Source of the DNA: Camelus dromedarius
Taxonomy: Eukaryota
Assembly: GCF_036321535.1 (NCBI RefSeq)
Contig: NC_087436.1
Coordinates: 4,526,001 to 4,590,000 of the forward strand
Reading direction: 5' to 3'
DNA: 64,000 bases
In this document: positions 12,427 to 24,552 of the stretch, one piece after another
Position numbering within the stretch: position 1 is the first letter of the stretch
Layout of the letters: the number at the start of each line of letters is the position of its first letter
Program-made: the position numbers and the translations under genes
The notes under the pieces: model-generated
What the model was told of the DNA's origin: nothing
Seen by the model: the letters and a program-made list of their open reading frames with translations, nothing else
The model's database searches: none

Positions 12427-12999
12427 CGCACACCCAACCACAGAACTAAATGCACTGAACCAAGTGACAGAATCAGGATCTTACTGGAAAGATGTAACTG
12501 CCCTGCAACCACACAACTGCATTTGCAAAGGAGTAGATTGGAAACCAAGAGAAGAAAACCATCCATGCAGACATCAGTTTCCCGTTTCTCCCAGGTGAAG
12601 TTTTTAACCACGGAAAACTAGCTTTTCCGGACCAGTGTATACTGGAAAACTTTTTTTTTTTAAGTGGGTCAAATTTTCGTTGAGTTCCCTCCCTTTTTTT
12701 TATTTTCCCGCTTTCTCTTCCTTTGTCCCCGTCTCCCCTCTGACTGCACCCAGTCACGGCGGTCGGGCGGGCGTTTGGAGGACTGGGTACCCTGCCCTGG
12801 TCCGGTCGTAGTGGCGGGGACTCGGCGCCGAGCTGCTTTTCCACGCGCAGGTTTCCACTCTGGCTGCGCCAGAAAGCGGGGAGCCGCCCCGGGAGACCGA
12901 CACCTGCTGGGGAAGGCGCGCTGCGAGCTGCCCCCAGTGACCTCCCCACGGTGCGCTTCAGCAGCTACTTTCTTTTTCAGTCTTTGTTGCAGGGGAGGG

Positions 13000-13370
13000 G
13001 AGGGGTTCCGAGGAGAAGTCGAAGGCATCTGGGAGAGGCGCTGCAAGGGATTCTCCGGGCCATGAGAGAGAGAGAGATCCGGAGGCACAGGCAGAGCCCG
13101 GGCAGAGCTGATTGAGCGCTGGGGCGCAGCGCGGGGAATCCGGTTTGCTGTGCGCCCCACCCCGCCTGTTGAGCCAGGAGACCGGACTTAAGCGCCGCGG
13201 CCGCGCGGGCGGTGGGTGCACCGGCGCAGGGACCCGCAGGTGCCACGGCAGGGTCCCCTCTCCCGCCCCCAAAGCCCACTCTTTGTGCGCTCTCGGTGCG
13301 GCTGTGCGAGGCGCGCCCCGGAGCTGCCGGCGATCCGGGAACGAAGCCCCGAGGTCCGGGAAGCCACCGA
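13000..13370 (+). other. GUCY1A1: Probable non-coding exon 1 of GUCY1A1 (start approximate)
   Basis: Consensus donor GCCACCGA|gtaagt at 13370/13371; preceding GCGAGGCGCGCCCCGGAGCTGC...AGCCCCGAGG resembles the human 5'UTR as recalled; the TSS cannot be fixed from sequence. Confidence 0.65.
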
Positions 13371-13988
13371 GTAAGTGGTCGCCGTGTCCCCGCCCCGGGT
13401 CGTGTCTCCCGGGTGAGCGCCCCCAGTCCTGGGCCGGTCCTCCTCCCTCCCCGCACCGGAAGCCTTCTTGCGCTCCCAGCTGCCCAGCCCCGGGGGCCGG
13501 GCCCGGTTCCCACGCCGGGGAGGAGCGAGGGAGCAAAGCAGACGGCGCCCGGGGCAGCTCACGGCCCGGGGGCCCCGCGGCGGCCGAGGGCGGAGGGCTG
13601 GCCGCGCTGGCGTCTGCGCTCGCGGGGCGCGAGCGTGAGGACGCGGGGGGCGCCGCGCGCTGCTCTCCCACGGCCGGGGCGCCGGGCAGCATCGCCTCCT
13701 CGGGAAGTCGGGGCGCCGGGGTCGCCTGGACCTCAGAGCCCGCGGGGACTGAGGCCGCTCCGGCTCCTCCGCAACTTCGTGCCGCCGGCGGCTGCTTGGG
13801 TGAGCGATTCTCCCTCCTCGGGAGCAGAGGGCTGCGATCACAGGGTCGCTCAGCGCGGGCAGCCTTCCGGGGGCGCCGCCCGGGGTTTGCCCGAGGCGTG
13901 AGAGTGAGTGTGCACGCGTGTGCGGGTGTGCAGGCGGGTGTGCGCGCGCGTTAATTACCGATTGGCGGTCTGACTTCCGTCCCCCGAG

Positions 13989-14010
13989 GACTGCAGCACT
14001 TTGAGGATCG
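13989..14010 (+). other. GUCY1A1: Possible non-coding exon 2 of GUCY1A1 (3' end uncertain)
   Basis: Branch-like ctgac plus ttccgtcccccgag|GACTGC acceptor; nearest good donor CG|gtgagc at 14010/14011; the exon may extend further. Confidence 0.4.
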
Positions 14011-16494
14011 GTGAGCCGGGGGTCGCCGCGGTCTCTGCGGGCCGGGTCGGTGCCCGGAGCCGCCCTGCGAGGGCTCGGCAGCCTCGCGGTGGCCTCTGTG
14101 TGGGGGCTGCGTTGCCATGCGGTCGTGCGATTTCAGGAGTCTTTCTTTTGCTCGCTTGTTTCACACGGTGGTTCCTTCATTTTGCACTTGATAAATAGTT
14201 TATATCTTCTGAAGTAAACCAGAAGGTGGAAGGCGTCAATTGTGGCTGAGGCATCTTGGTTTCCAACAGACTGCAAATCCCTCTGAATTTTAAATAGCAC
14301 AGGTCATATATATAGTTTTAAATTAGACCTTCACTTAAAACATATTGGTAGTGATTTTTCAAGGTCAGTCCTAAGGTGATTTCACTGAAGGTTTGCCTAC
14401 TTACTGGAGCTGGTCTTGACAAGAATATCTTTAACCCTCTGGTTAGGCGTAGGTAGACGCTGGAGCGTTCAGTAATGGTATAGATTTTCACATCTTGGTT
14501 CCTAGTGTAGAAATAATCTGTTGCTTTTCTTAAAATGGCTATGCTATTTTTTTTTCTGCAGAAGTCATTTCAGGTACTTTATGAAGGTATATTATGAAGA
14601 GTGGTAAAAATCAATAGCAGCAATGTAACAAAATATGAATGTCTAAAATTTCAAAGCAAACATTAATTTGTCAAAAAGGCAAGTAAATTTTATGCTTTTC
14701 AATGGCAGTAGTCTGTACTCTCTGTTCAGATTGAACAGCTGTCTGTGGATTGCTTCAGGGGGTCCCTGAAATTGTGTCTAAACATTTGAGTCACTGCATT
14801 TTTAAGGAGATAGCCCAGGGTCCTCAGATATCCAATATTTTTGACCCAACAGAAAAATAAGAACTGCAGAGTTAAAATATATCCTTTTCCAAGTCAAAAC
14901 AAGTAAGCTTTTTACATAAATACTAGAAAAAATTCTAAAATGATTAAATACTGTTACAGTAATTAAACATCTCACATAAAACAGACCCACTTGTATGTTT
15001 TTAAATGTATCAGTCAGGAAACTCAAGATGTTGAAGTTTATTTAATAGAAATCTGTAATGAATAGATGGGTACCTTCTTTCTCTTCTTGCGCCGTAAGAT
15101 CTATGGCATACAAAATAAGGATTTTACCTTTCTCTCTTTGAAACCCAACACAAACAGAAAGTACTTATGCTTTGTGTGATGTTTCACAGTGTATGAATAT
15201 AAATGGCCCCTCAAAGGCCCTCTTTCTAGATATCCAGGTATAAAATAACATGTCCAAGATAGGTTTCTGACATTTATGAGAATACAGGGGGTACTGTAGC
15301 TTCACAAGATTTGGTCCTCATATTTCTTATAACTGTGGCTTATTAAGTGATAACGCTGTAAGGCATTATTTGGAAAAAAAACTTTTAAAATTATCATCGT
15401 ACTAATAAAAACTAAGGAAGTGATAACTCGAATTGTTATTTTCATTATAAATGTCAGATTTGCCAGGAAGTTGCTCAGTTTTCTCTTATTTGCTAGGATG
15501 TATAACTTTTATGTCATTGATTTTTTTATCCCACTTAATTAGAAATATTTACCCAGGTGATTTAACCTTGAACACTGCTCTTGATTCCTTCTCTGCATAT
15601 TTGTAGAAGCAGATACACTTCCTTCTAAAATATCAGTAATTCCAATGGTTTTTTAGTTTCTAGGCCATCTAGAACTATATGCTAAGCATTCGTTAGGTGT
15701 CTGTTTTGGTTGGGTACCTCCATCTTGATACAGGAGGAGCTTCTGGCAGTTGTTAGGTCTTTAGATGATATATTTGTTGCCCATAGATTAGTTGACTTCT
15801 TTGGCACTGGAGTCATTTTGGGGCTATCCCGAATTCCATTTGCTTTTGTTTTTCTCAAGCAGTTTGGACGTGTCTGACCTATTTCATGTTTCTCTCCCCT
15901 GAGTGCAGGCCTGCAGGCTCATCCTCCTTACATAAGCCTTGAGGCTTACAGGGTCTGATTGGAATCATTCACCGGGAGTGAGGAGCTTCAGGCCGGGACA
16001 GCAGCGGGAGAGAGGGACCACCTTACACACCCCGAGGGGGCCCTGGGGCCTGACTCCCCACCATGACAGTGTGATTCTCTGCTGCTCGGACTTGCCTACC
16101 TGGAATGCTTGCTGGCCATCCGCAATCTCTGCATTAAAATGAACCCTCCCTCAGAAAAATCAGCGCAACTCAGGTTAAGTGGCACATCCCGCCCCCTCCT
16201 CACCCCAGGAGGAATCTGCAAGAAGACACAGAACACCCGGCCTTTGGGAGGGAGCACCCTGGGAAGGGACTCAGGCCTTTGGAACCAAGGAGAGCTTCCT
16301 AGTCCTGAACTTTTTGCGGGTGTGACGTAACTGTGTGTCCCCTTTCACCGCAGTTAGAAACACATGCTCCGGTGTCTGTGCTGCCACCACACTCAGCTGT
16401 CCCTGGGGGGGAGGGCAGCCTCGGCTGCTGGGACCTGGGGCCTCGTGGGCTTCTGGGGAGCCTCACTGTGCTGTCTCTGGAATTATTGACGTGT

Positions 16495-16690
16495 TTTTTT
16501 AAAAAAATGTTTTCCTTTTTTTAAAAAAATGGCTTATATTTTTAAAATTAAAAAAATTAATTTTTTTCCTTTTTTTGATGGGTGAAGTAGTTAAGTTTGT
16601 TTGTTTATTTACTTACTGGAGGTACCGGGGATTGAACCCAGGACTTCATGCATGCTAAGCACATGCTCTTCCAGCAAGCCCCGCCCTCCC
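16495..16690 (-). mobile_element. tRNA-Ala-derived SINE (Vic-1 type)
   Basis: GGAGGTACCGGGGATTGAACCCAGGAC...CATGCTAAGCAC core at 16617-16690 with T-rich tail. Confidence 0.85.
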
Positions 16691-19496
16691 TCCTTGACTT
16701 AAGTTTGGATGTCTTGGTGCTGCAGGTTATTCTGTTCAAGAACACCATCTCCAGTGATGGGCCAGCCGTGAGCCTCCGGGGACAGCTGCAGCCTTTGTCG
16801 CACACAGACACTTCTGTGCCTTTTCCCATAAGGCTTGCAGCCTGTTCAGAGCTGCTTCCAACTGTTGCTTCCTTCAGCATCACCCTGTGACCCTTTGTCT
16901 TTCTAGGTCTACACCCTGCACTCACGTTCCCCGTCCCCGTTACCAGTGCCCGTCCACCTCCTGAATAGTCCACTTTCCCTGGGAGTGTGACCGGGTGGAG
17001 GACTTTCTGTCTGCACTTTGATCAGCTGTCACTGTTCGGGACCTCATTCAGCATCAGCCCGTGGGCTCCCCCAGGACCTCAGCCTGCCTTCTCCCCTCGG
17101 GGAATCCACTGCCATTCACTCAGCTGGCCTTCTGAAAAGCTGAGACTTGCATGTTCCCTTTCTGACCCCAACCTCCTGTCCTGCCGGTAAGCCCCTCCCT
17201 GGGCACCGCCGCACCCCGCCTCTCCTGCTGTTGCTCCTGGGCCCGGACTTTCTCTGTCTCCCTCTCTTGCTCGCCACGCTTACTCTGGGCAGCGCCGGCT
17301 CTGCTCCAAGCCCTCCATCTCTTCCCAGAACCTGATGCACTCTGCTTCAGCTCCAGGGACGTGAACAGGGCTCCGAAGCTACTTATTTCCTCTTGGATAA
17401 TCTCTCTCCAATTCTCCGCAGTCCACGTTCCAGATTTTTCCGGATTTTCCAGTCCACATTATCTTTCTCCTTTTCATTCCTAGCAGATGACCTTATGTCC
17501 GATTCAAGGAGAATATTGAGGTCAGTTTAGGCAAGTTATTTATCAAGATTCAGCTTGAATGTAGGAGACGTTTGTTGATTTGACCTGATCTGAGCATAAG
17601 AATCTTTTCTCATATTGAACTATGCTATTTGTTTCTAGAATATTCATATCCCAATTTTTACCTCTTAAGGGATGTATACAGAAGGCTTTTTATTATAGGA
17701 CAGCAGTATGCCTGTGGTCTTTGTGGTCATATTCAGTCCTTTTAACCCATCCTTTGTTGACATAGTTTGAAACTCTCTCAGCAGGGCATTTCTCCCGTGG
17801 ATGCCCTCCCGGGTTTCTGAAAGTGTGGTCCTCAGGGCTGAGCAAAGATGGGTGGGCGCAGGTCACTGGACAGGCCGCGTGAGCTCCTCTGGGTGTGAGG
17901 TGGTGAGTCATCCTGAAATCTAACCTGTCCCCCCACTGCTTTTCGCATCCATTGAGCACGCACCTTTTTGCATACTCTTCTGCAAATACACTCCTCTATT
18001 TGTGCATTGGATCACTAGATTCGGGACTTTTAAAAAATACTTACTGCCATTAAGTTTAATTTTTATCTTTAGCTCGCCTGCTGTTCCAGAAGGTCAGGGT
18101 ATTTTGGGATTCTGATTTCCTGATACGGATTAGGCATTTTTCCCCATCAAGGGGCATTAGCGGATTGGATCAGGATACAGTCACTATCTTCATCCAGATC
18201 GCGGTGCAGAATTGTGAACCAGAGGGACGTCTAGCGTCACCCTAGATGCCTTGCCCTTGCTCTGCCCGAGCCCATGAGTTAGTCCTCTTTCCAGGGCTGT
18301 TCCTAGCCAGGTAGCTCTCTTTCCTCAGAGTTTACATTCCTCCGTGTGGCCCGGGAGGATACTGTGACAGGCTTGGTCACATTCCTTGCTGAAATGCATT
18401 TCCGCTTTCTGCAGAATGGCTATCAGGAACCCTGCAAAAACAGAAGGAAGTAACAGTAGGTTAGATTGGAGGGGTCGGTTCCTGGTGACCTTGCATAGCT
18501 TGGAGGCAGCAGCATGTCGCATGTTAGAGCTTGGGTACCATCACTGTGGCAGTCTCTTGGGGACCGTGCCTGGAATCAGTGTCAAGCTGTCTAGGCTGAA
18601 GCTGGTGGAATCCACCTTCTTCTCTTTTTTGAAAAATTGAGACCATGGTGGGATTCCTTGTTCTCTATCAACACCTCTCTTCATTGTAGTATTTTAATGA
18701 TTTTACCTCTGCCTTTATCTCATCCAGAAATGCTTTCAGTCCTTGGTGGTGAAATTTAGCCAAATTGATGGATTTAAACTCATTTAAAAGATTTAACCTC
18801 ATACTTTACCGTGGGCCTTAAATTTGCTGTTTTGATGTTCGTCTTGCTTTTGCCAGTTTAGTCCTATTTTCCTGAGGAGCTGAGAAGAAACAGGGCAGGA
18901 GCAGGGTGGTTCTGCGGGTCCAGCCACGTACTTGCCATTGAACTTCTTCCTCCCCCAGCAGTCAGTGTGCTGTTCCCACACCGAATAAAAATGCTGTTAT
19001 CGCCGCTGTGTCTGGCAATAATACCAAGAATTACAGGAACATGTTTTGGAATTTGTGATTTTTGAAAGCTTCGGGTGACTTTATATTCTATGAGACTCTT
19101 TTCAGAGGGTGCTCAGTTTTTCTAGTTCTCACAGCGAGGTTTATCATGAATCATGCTAGTCACGGAGGAAGAGACAACAAGTTCATGGCATTCCCTCCCT
19201 TGGGGGAGTTTAAAGCCTGTGTGTGGAGATAGCAGGACCCAGAAATAGTCTCAGAGTTACACACGGCAGCCCTTAACAATGAGCTTAATACCCGTGGTGC
19301 AGGTTTACTAAGTTCTCAAGAGCCTGAGGCCCGGGCCACAGGAGGGCCGCGTTGGAGAAGGCTTTCTTAGCACTGAGCTCAGGTCTGAGACAGCACCAGA
19401 ATGCTGGACTTTGCAGAAGCTGTAGCATTTAAATACAGAGAATACTGGAAAGAATGTTCTAGGCAGAGAGAAGGTAAGGGGCAGGGTAGGAAGCAG

Positions 19497-19832
19497 GTGA
19501 GTGTGTGAGTGTGTATGAGTGTGAGTGTATATGTGTATATTGTGAGTGTGTATGTGTGTATAAGTGTATGTGAGTGTGTATGAATTTGAGTGTGTATGAG
19601 TTTGAGTGTGTGTGTGCATGTGTGTAGTGCATATGGGTGTATGTGTGTGCATGTGTCAGTGAGTATGTGAGTGTGTATGTGTGTTAGTGAGTCTATGAGT
19701 GTGAATGTATTGTGAGTGCGTGAGTGTATGTGTGAGTGTGTATGCATGTACGTGATTGTGCATGTGTCAGTATGTGAGTGTGTATTTGTGGGTGTGTGTG
19801 TATGAGTATGTAAGTGTGTCTGAGTGTGTGCG
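19497..19832. repeat. Degenerate (TG)n-rich low-complexity tract
   Basis: ~335 bp of TGTG/TGAG/TATG units. Confidence 0.92.
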
Positions 19833-21724
19833 CACGACTAGCACATGGAGCTCAAAGGGCAGCACCAGTTCCCCGCCAGCCGCGGTTTGCTCTGTTCTTT
19901 CTGGGATCACCAGGCCCCCCCCTTGTCCTGACGGCCCCCCCCCCATCTCCATCCTTGCGAGGCGCGAACCTGCGCCTCCTCACAGCAGCACACAGGGCTC
20001 CACTTCTCAGAACCATCCCCGTACTCCTCCGCTGTCCCTGCTCTCTGAATTGTCTGCTGTCCCCTGGGGACGACATTCTGTTCCTGTTCAGCCCCCAGTC
20101 TGTTCACCAGAACTGCTCCGCGGGTCGTGAGCGCGCAGGACCCGTGTCACGTGATCCAGCCGCTTGGAGCAGCCGGCGGTGGTGGGGAGGGAGCGTTTAT
20201 AAAAAGATTTAAGGTAAAAGGGGTTAGATCACAAGGCCAGGGCGTCAGCTGAGCCTTTCTTTATCAGGTGATGAGCAGCCCTTTTGATTTTTTGAGTTTG
20301 GGGGAAAGGCTGTGTGGGGTCTGCATCACTTTTAATTAGACCTTCGTGGGTCAGTTCAGACCACTCAGAGTTACACGTGCATTTCCAGACTCAACAAGGA
20401 CATCGTTTGACTCCTTACTTTAGGGCTGGTGTTTCCATCCATGCTGTTGACAAACCCTGGAACGTTAATACCGTGCATTTTCATTAGAGGAGTTTTGTTA
20501 CGTTGCTGGTCTAATTTTATATGTCTACACTGAAATTGTTAGCTGCTTATGCTCAATGTTTAGTCATTTTGCAGCTTAATGTGTGCTCTAAGTAGTTAAA
20601 TTATTTTTTAAAGTTTGTATTAAGTCAATTAAACATAGGACAAAACATTCCAATGTTTCATTAGTATAATATGAACTTTTAGGTTGTATATTTGTGAATT
20701 TAAAACTTAATCAGTACAGCATTCAGAGAATTACAAATGTCACGTGGGAAATACTTGGATAAACACTAACACTGTCAAGACTTGATGTGTCCAGAGTTGA
20801 AGCAGGATCCTCTTGCCCTGGATTCTCAGTGCACATTTCCAAATGTGGTTAGCAAAAGCTGTCTTCCCAGTGAACACTCTGGGTAAAATTTCATTTTTTC
20901 CTATGTCTTAAAATATTTGCAGCCCCTAATGATGATTAATTAACTTTCCTCTTTGTTCATCTCTACTCCAAGGAACAATTTAATGTGCTGCAGGATCTAT
21001 TTCTGGTTCTTTTCGGTGGTGACTGCTCAGAGTAATATTCTTAAGCCCCTGATGTGTCGTCTCATGCTAAGAGGTTTTCAGTGGCGGTATGTGAGAGCCG
21101 TGCTGTTTCTTGATAGTCTGTTGGGTAGCATGTCACCCGACCGGAAGTGCTGTCTCCCCCCACCTTTTCCCCTTGCCCTTTGAGGCTGTCAGACCTTCCC
21201 CTGGCTTAGGCCGGGGTGTCACCTGCAGCTCACCTGCTGGCTTGCCCAGGAGCAGGGAGGTCATACATCACGGCCATCGCAAGGACGCCATCCATTAAAG
21301 TTCCTCTCCCCTGGTCCTGCCCCCCAGGGGGTCCTGCCCCCATTTTGGGGGCAGCCATCTGGACGGTATCTCTGGGAGGCCACGGAATAACTGTTTCACC
21401 CAGAATCACAGCACGGCCTGTGTGTCCAATGGCGAAAGTCACTTTTATTAGGTTGCCTCTGTTTTCAGTGCTACAAGCAGGGTGCCCTGGGCAGCAACGT
21501 CATGCTCAGAGAGGAAGACGAGGGTCAAAAGAAGAGAGAGAAGGTCCCAGACAGAGCTGTTTGTTCGCACTTTCTGTGCCTGGTTAGTTTTCTTCATCGC
21601 TAAAGGAGAAACTCGGGTGGTCAGACCATTTTCCCTCACCAGCGTGTTGTGGCCTTCATTATCTTAGGCTGTCAAACCCGAGCAAAATCTGTTTAGTTAC
21701 TTACTTATTTTTATCGATAATTAC

Positions 21725-22140
21725 TTTTAAAAATTGAAGTCTATTTGACTGACAATGTTGTATTAGCTTCTGGTGTACAGCATAATGATCCAGTTATACA
21801 GATAAATTCTTTTTCATTACAGGCTATTATAAGAGATTGAATTTAGTTCCCTCTGCTCTACAGTAGGACCTAGTTTATTTATTTTATATACAGTAGTTTG
21901 TATCTGCTAATTCCAAACTTCTAATTTATCCCTCCCCCTCCCCTTCCCCTTGGTAACCATAAGGTTGTTTTCTGTGTCTGTGAGTCTATTTCTGTTTTGT
22001 AAATAAGTTCATTTGTGTCATATTTTAGATTCTACACATGAGTGATGTCATATGATACTTGGCTTTCTGTGCCTGACCCCCCTCGCTTAGCGTGATCACC
22101 TCCAGGTCCGTCTGCGTTGCTGCAGGTGGACAGCCGCACT
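21725..22140 (-). mobile_element. L1 3' fragment
   Basis: AATTGAAGT...GGTGTACAGCATAATGA...AGATTCTACACATGAGTGA; same family as 3645-4539. Confidence 0.8.
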
Positions 22141-22829
22141 GCGTGGTTCCCAGAGCATGAGTGCACACAGCACACATCACATCTGAGTACCGTTAGGAAA
22201 ATGGTTCTTACCTGCTCGTCCCGTGGAAGGGTCTCAGGGCACATCCCCAGGAGTGTGTGGGCCTTTGCGCACTTAGACACCTACTGTTTTGCTGACCAAG
22301 CTTTGAGCAAAACAACATTAAGATGCTGGAATAATTTACACCCAGTTTCAGGTAATGATAGCATCCATTCAGGACATACTGTGTTCCAAGCCTTGTTAAA
22401 ACTGAGCTGCCTCTACTGAACAACTTGAGAAGTGTCACGCCCTTGTCATTTAATCTGAAAATGAGAAACAAAGTCAAGGGTGGAAAAGTAATCTGCCTCA
22501 GTGTCATCCACTGAGTTATTGGAGGAACCAGTGTTCTGAGCCCGCAGGGTCCATCTTCTTAAAAACTGTGCTTTACTGCCTTTTTGGCTTATATACACAT
22601 TTTTCTGATGGTTTGTAAAAGACTTTGCATGTGACTCATAGCGTTTGTTTTTACAACAGTCAAATTAGACTCTAGAGCATAATGAGTTTTTAGAGTTAGG
22701 TTTCAGTGGTCTATAAGCTTCCAAATAAAATACATAAAGCAAGAAAAAATTAATACTTTTAATACAGATGATAGATATTCAGTTAAAATAAACAAAGTAT
22801 CTTTAAATTTTCCGCCAGTCTAAAGTTGT

Positions 22830-24360
22830 CATGATTGTAATGTTTAGGAATGTTTTCTTTGCATTTATCATGGGTGGGGTTTAAGGAACTTCTTGGATAT
22901 GTGTGCAATGCTCTCATCAAATATGGAATCTTCAGAGCCATTATCAGTTCAAATGTTTTTCTGCTTCCATTTCCTCCTTTTTTTCTGAACTCTAAATACG
23001 TGTATGTGAGACCTTTTGATGTTCTGCAGTTTTCAGATGCTTTTCTATTTATCACTTTTTATTCTCTTTGTGTTTTTGCTGGGGTTATTTCAGTTAACCT
23101 GACTTAATGTTCACTGATCCTTTCCTCTGATGTTAAATGGAGTTCCTTTCTTATTTCTGATATTGCATTTTCTGTGTCTCCAGTGGTTCCTTTTTTTTTT
23201 TTTTTTTTTACATGCTATTTCATCATGGAAGCTTACTACTTAGGCCTGCTATTGAACTATACACTGGTTTCTTTACTGTGTTTAACCACAGCTGTTTTCA
23301 CATTCCTGTCTGATAGCAACATCTGGGCCATGCCTTGGTCTGTTTCTGTTGACGGTTCTCTCTTGCCCCTGGGTCCCTTTCTTGTTCCCTTTCACGTGTC
23401 ACCTGTCAGGTGTGTGTTGTGGAGCACACCCCTACATTGGGCTGCAAGCCTGGAAGGTGAGTCAGTCTCAGCCGAGGGGCTCCCCGGGGGGTTCTTCTCT
23501 GTCACGCAGCAGCTAGAAGTTCGACGCACGCTCATCCGGCCTCTCGTGACCTGACTGTGGGCGACTGTCTCCTGCCTCCGCTTCATCTGGGATGCAAATG
23601 CCCACATCTCTTCCCTCCTAGGGCTCGTTATTTGTTTGTCTCTTTTGGAATTTAGGGTTCTTTAGCCTTCCACTGAGGGTTTTTTTTAATGACTTGGCTA
23701 AGGTATAATGTTGTGTACAATAAACCTCAAATACATAAAATATGCAGTTGGAGAAGATGTGACAGGTGTGTTCACCTGTGAAACCACCACCATGGTCGAG
23801 AGAAAGACCATCCCTATCTCCCCTAGAAGTTTTCCTATGTCCATTTCCAGTCAGTGTCCCTCTTCTGTCCCCGGGCGGTTGCCATTCTGCCATCTGGACT
23901 CGCAGACTTGTGTCTAGGCTTTAGATAAAAGTAATGTCACGGTGTGGATGCTTGTATGTGGTCCCGTTCACTCCGATGATGACTTTGAGGGGTTATCCTC
24001 TTGGTTGCCCACACCTGCTGGATAACGGTCCTTCCATGTAAGGCTAAAACAACTTCTTTTTCATTCATTCACATTATCAAAGACATCTGAATAGTTTCCA
24101 GGTTTCAGTAATTACAAGTAAAGCTGCTATGCGTGTTTGCATTCAGGTCTTTGTCTGACCTTTCTCTTGGGTATTTACCTAGAAGTGGAACGCTGGGCAG
24201 CATAGCAGGATGCGTTCACATTTTAAGAAACCACCAGACTGCTTTCCAGAAGGGGTTGTTCCTTTTTACTTTCTCACCAACAGTTTATGGAAAATTCTGG
24301 TTGTTCCCCATCCTCATCAAGTCTCAGCATTGTTGGACTTAAATTTTAGGCATTCTAATG
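22830..24360 (-). mobile_element. Cluster of old, degenerate L1M fragments
   Basis: L1-like motifs (AAATATGGAATCTTCAGAGCCATTATCAGTTCAAAT; TTTTAAGAAACCACCAGACTGCTTTCCAGA); boundaries approximate. Confidence 0.55.
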
Positions 24361-24384
24361 TCTCATGACTAATGCTATAGAACA

Positions 24385-24552
24385 CAAAGGGACTTTTTTA
24401 GGAAATATTCTGTTTAGGTGAGGTCACAAGGGTGGGGCCCTCAGGATGGGATTAGGGCCCTTATGGAAGGAGACAGCAGAAAGCTAAAGGCTGTCTCTCT
24501 CTCTCTCTCTGCAATGCGAGGGCACCAGGAGAAGGTAGCCATCTGCAAACCT
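24385..24552 (+). mobile_element. MLT1A-like MaLR LTR fragment
   Basis: GAGGTCACAAGGGTGGGGCCCTCAGGATGGGATTAG...AGAAGGTAGCCATCTGCAAACC. Confidence 0.65.

Larger units (their letters stand above)
12750..14150 (+). promoter_or_regulatory. GUCY1A1: CpG island / TATA-less promoter of GUCY1A1
   Basis: ~1.4 kb very GC- and CpG-rich block in AT-rich flanks; GC boxes, ATTGG (reverse CCAAT) at 13961-13965, splice donor inside; 23 kb upstream of the ATG exon. Confidence 0.9.

Noticed and set aside
12473..14217. Many overlapping 130-280 aa ORFs on both strands
   Set aside because: Expected from stop-codon scarcity in a CpG island; Pro/Arg/Gly/Ala-rich with no recognisable domain.
19308..19832. His/Thr-rich ORFs (also 12299-12621)
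   Set aside because: Translations of (CA/TG)n simple repeats.
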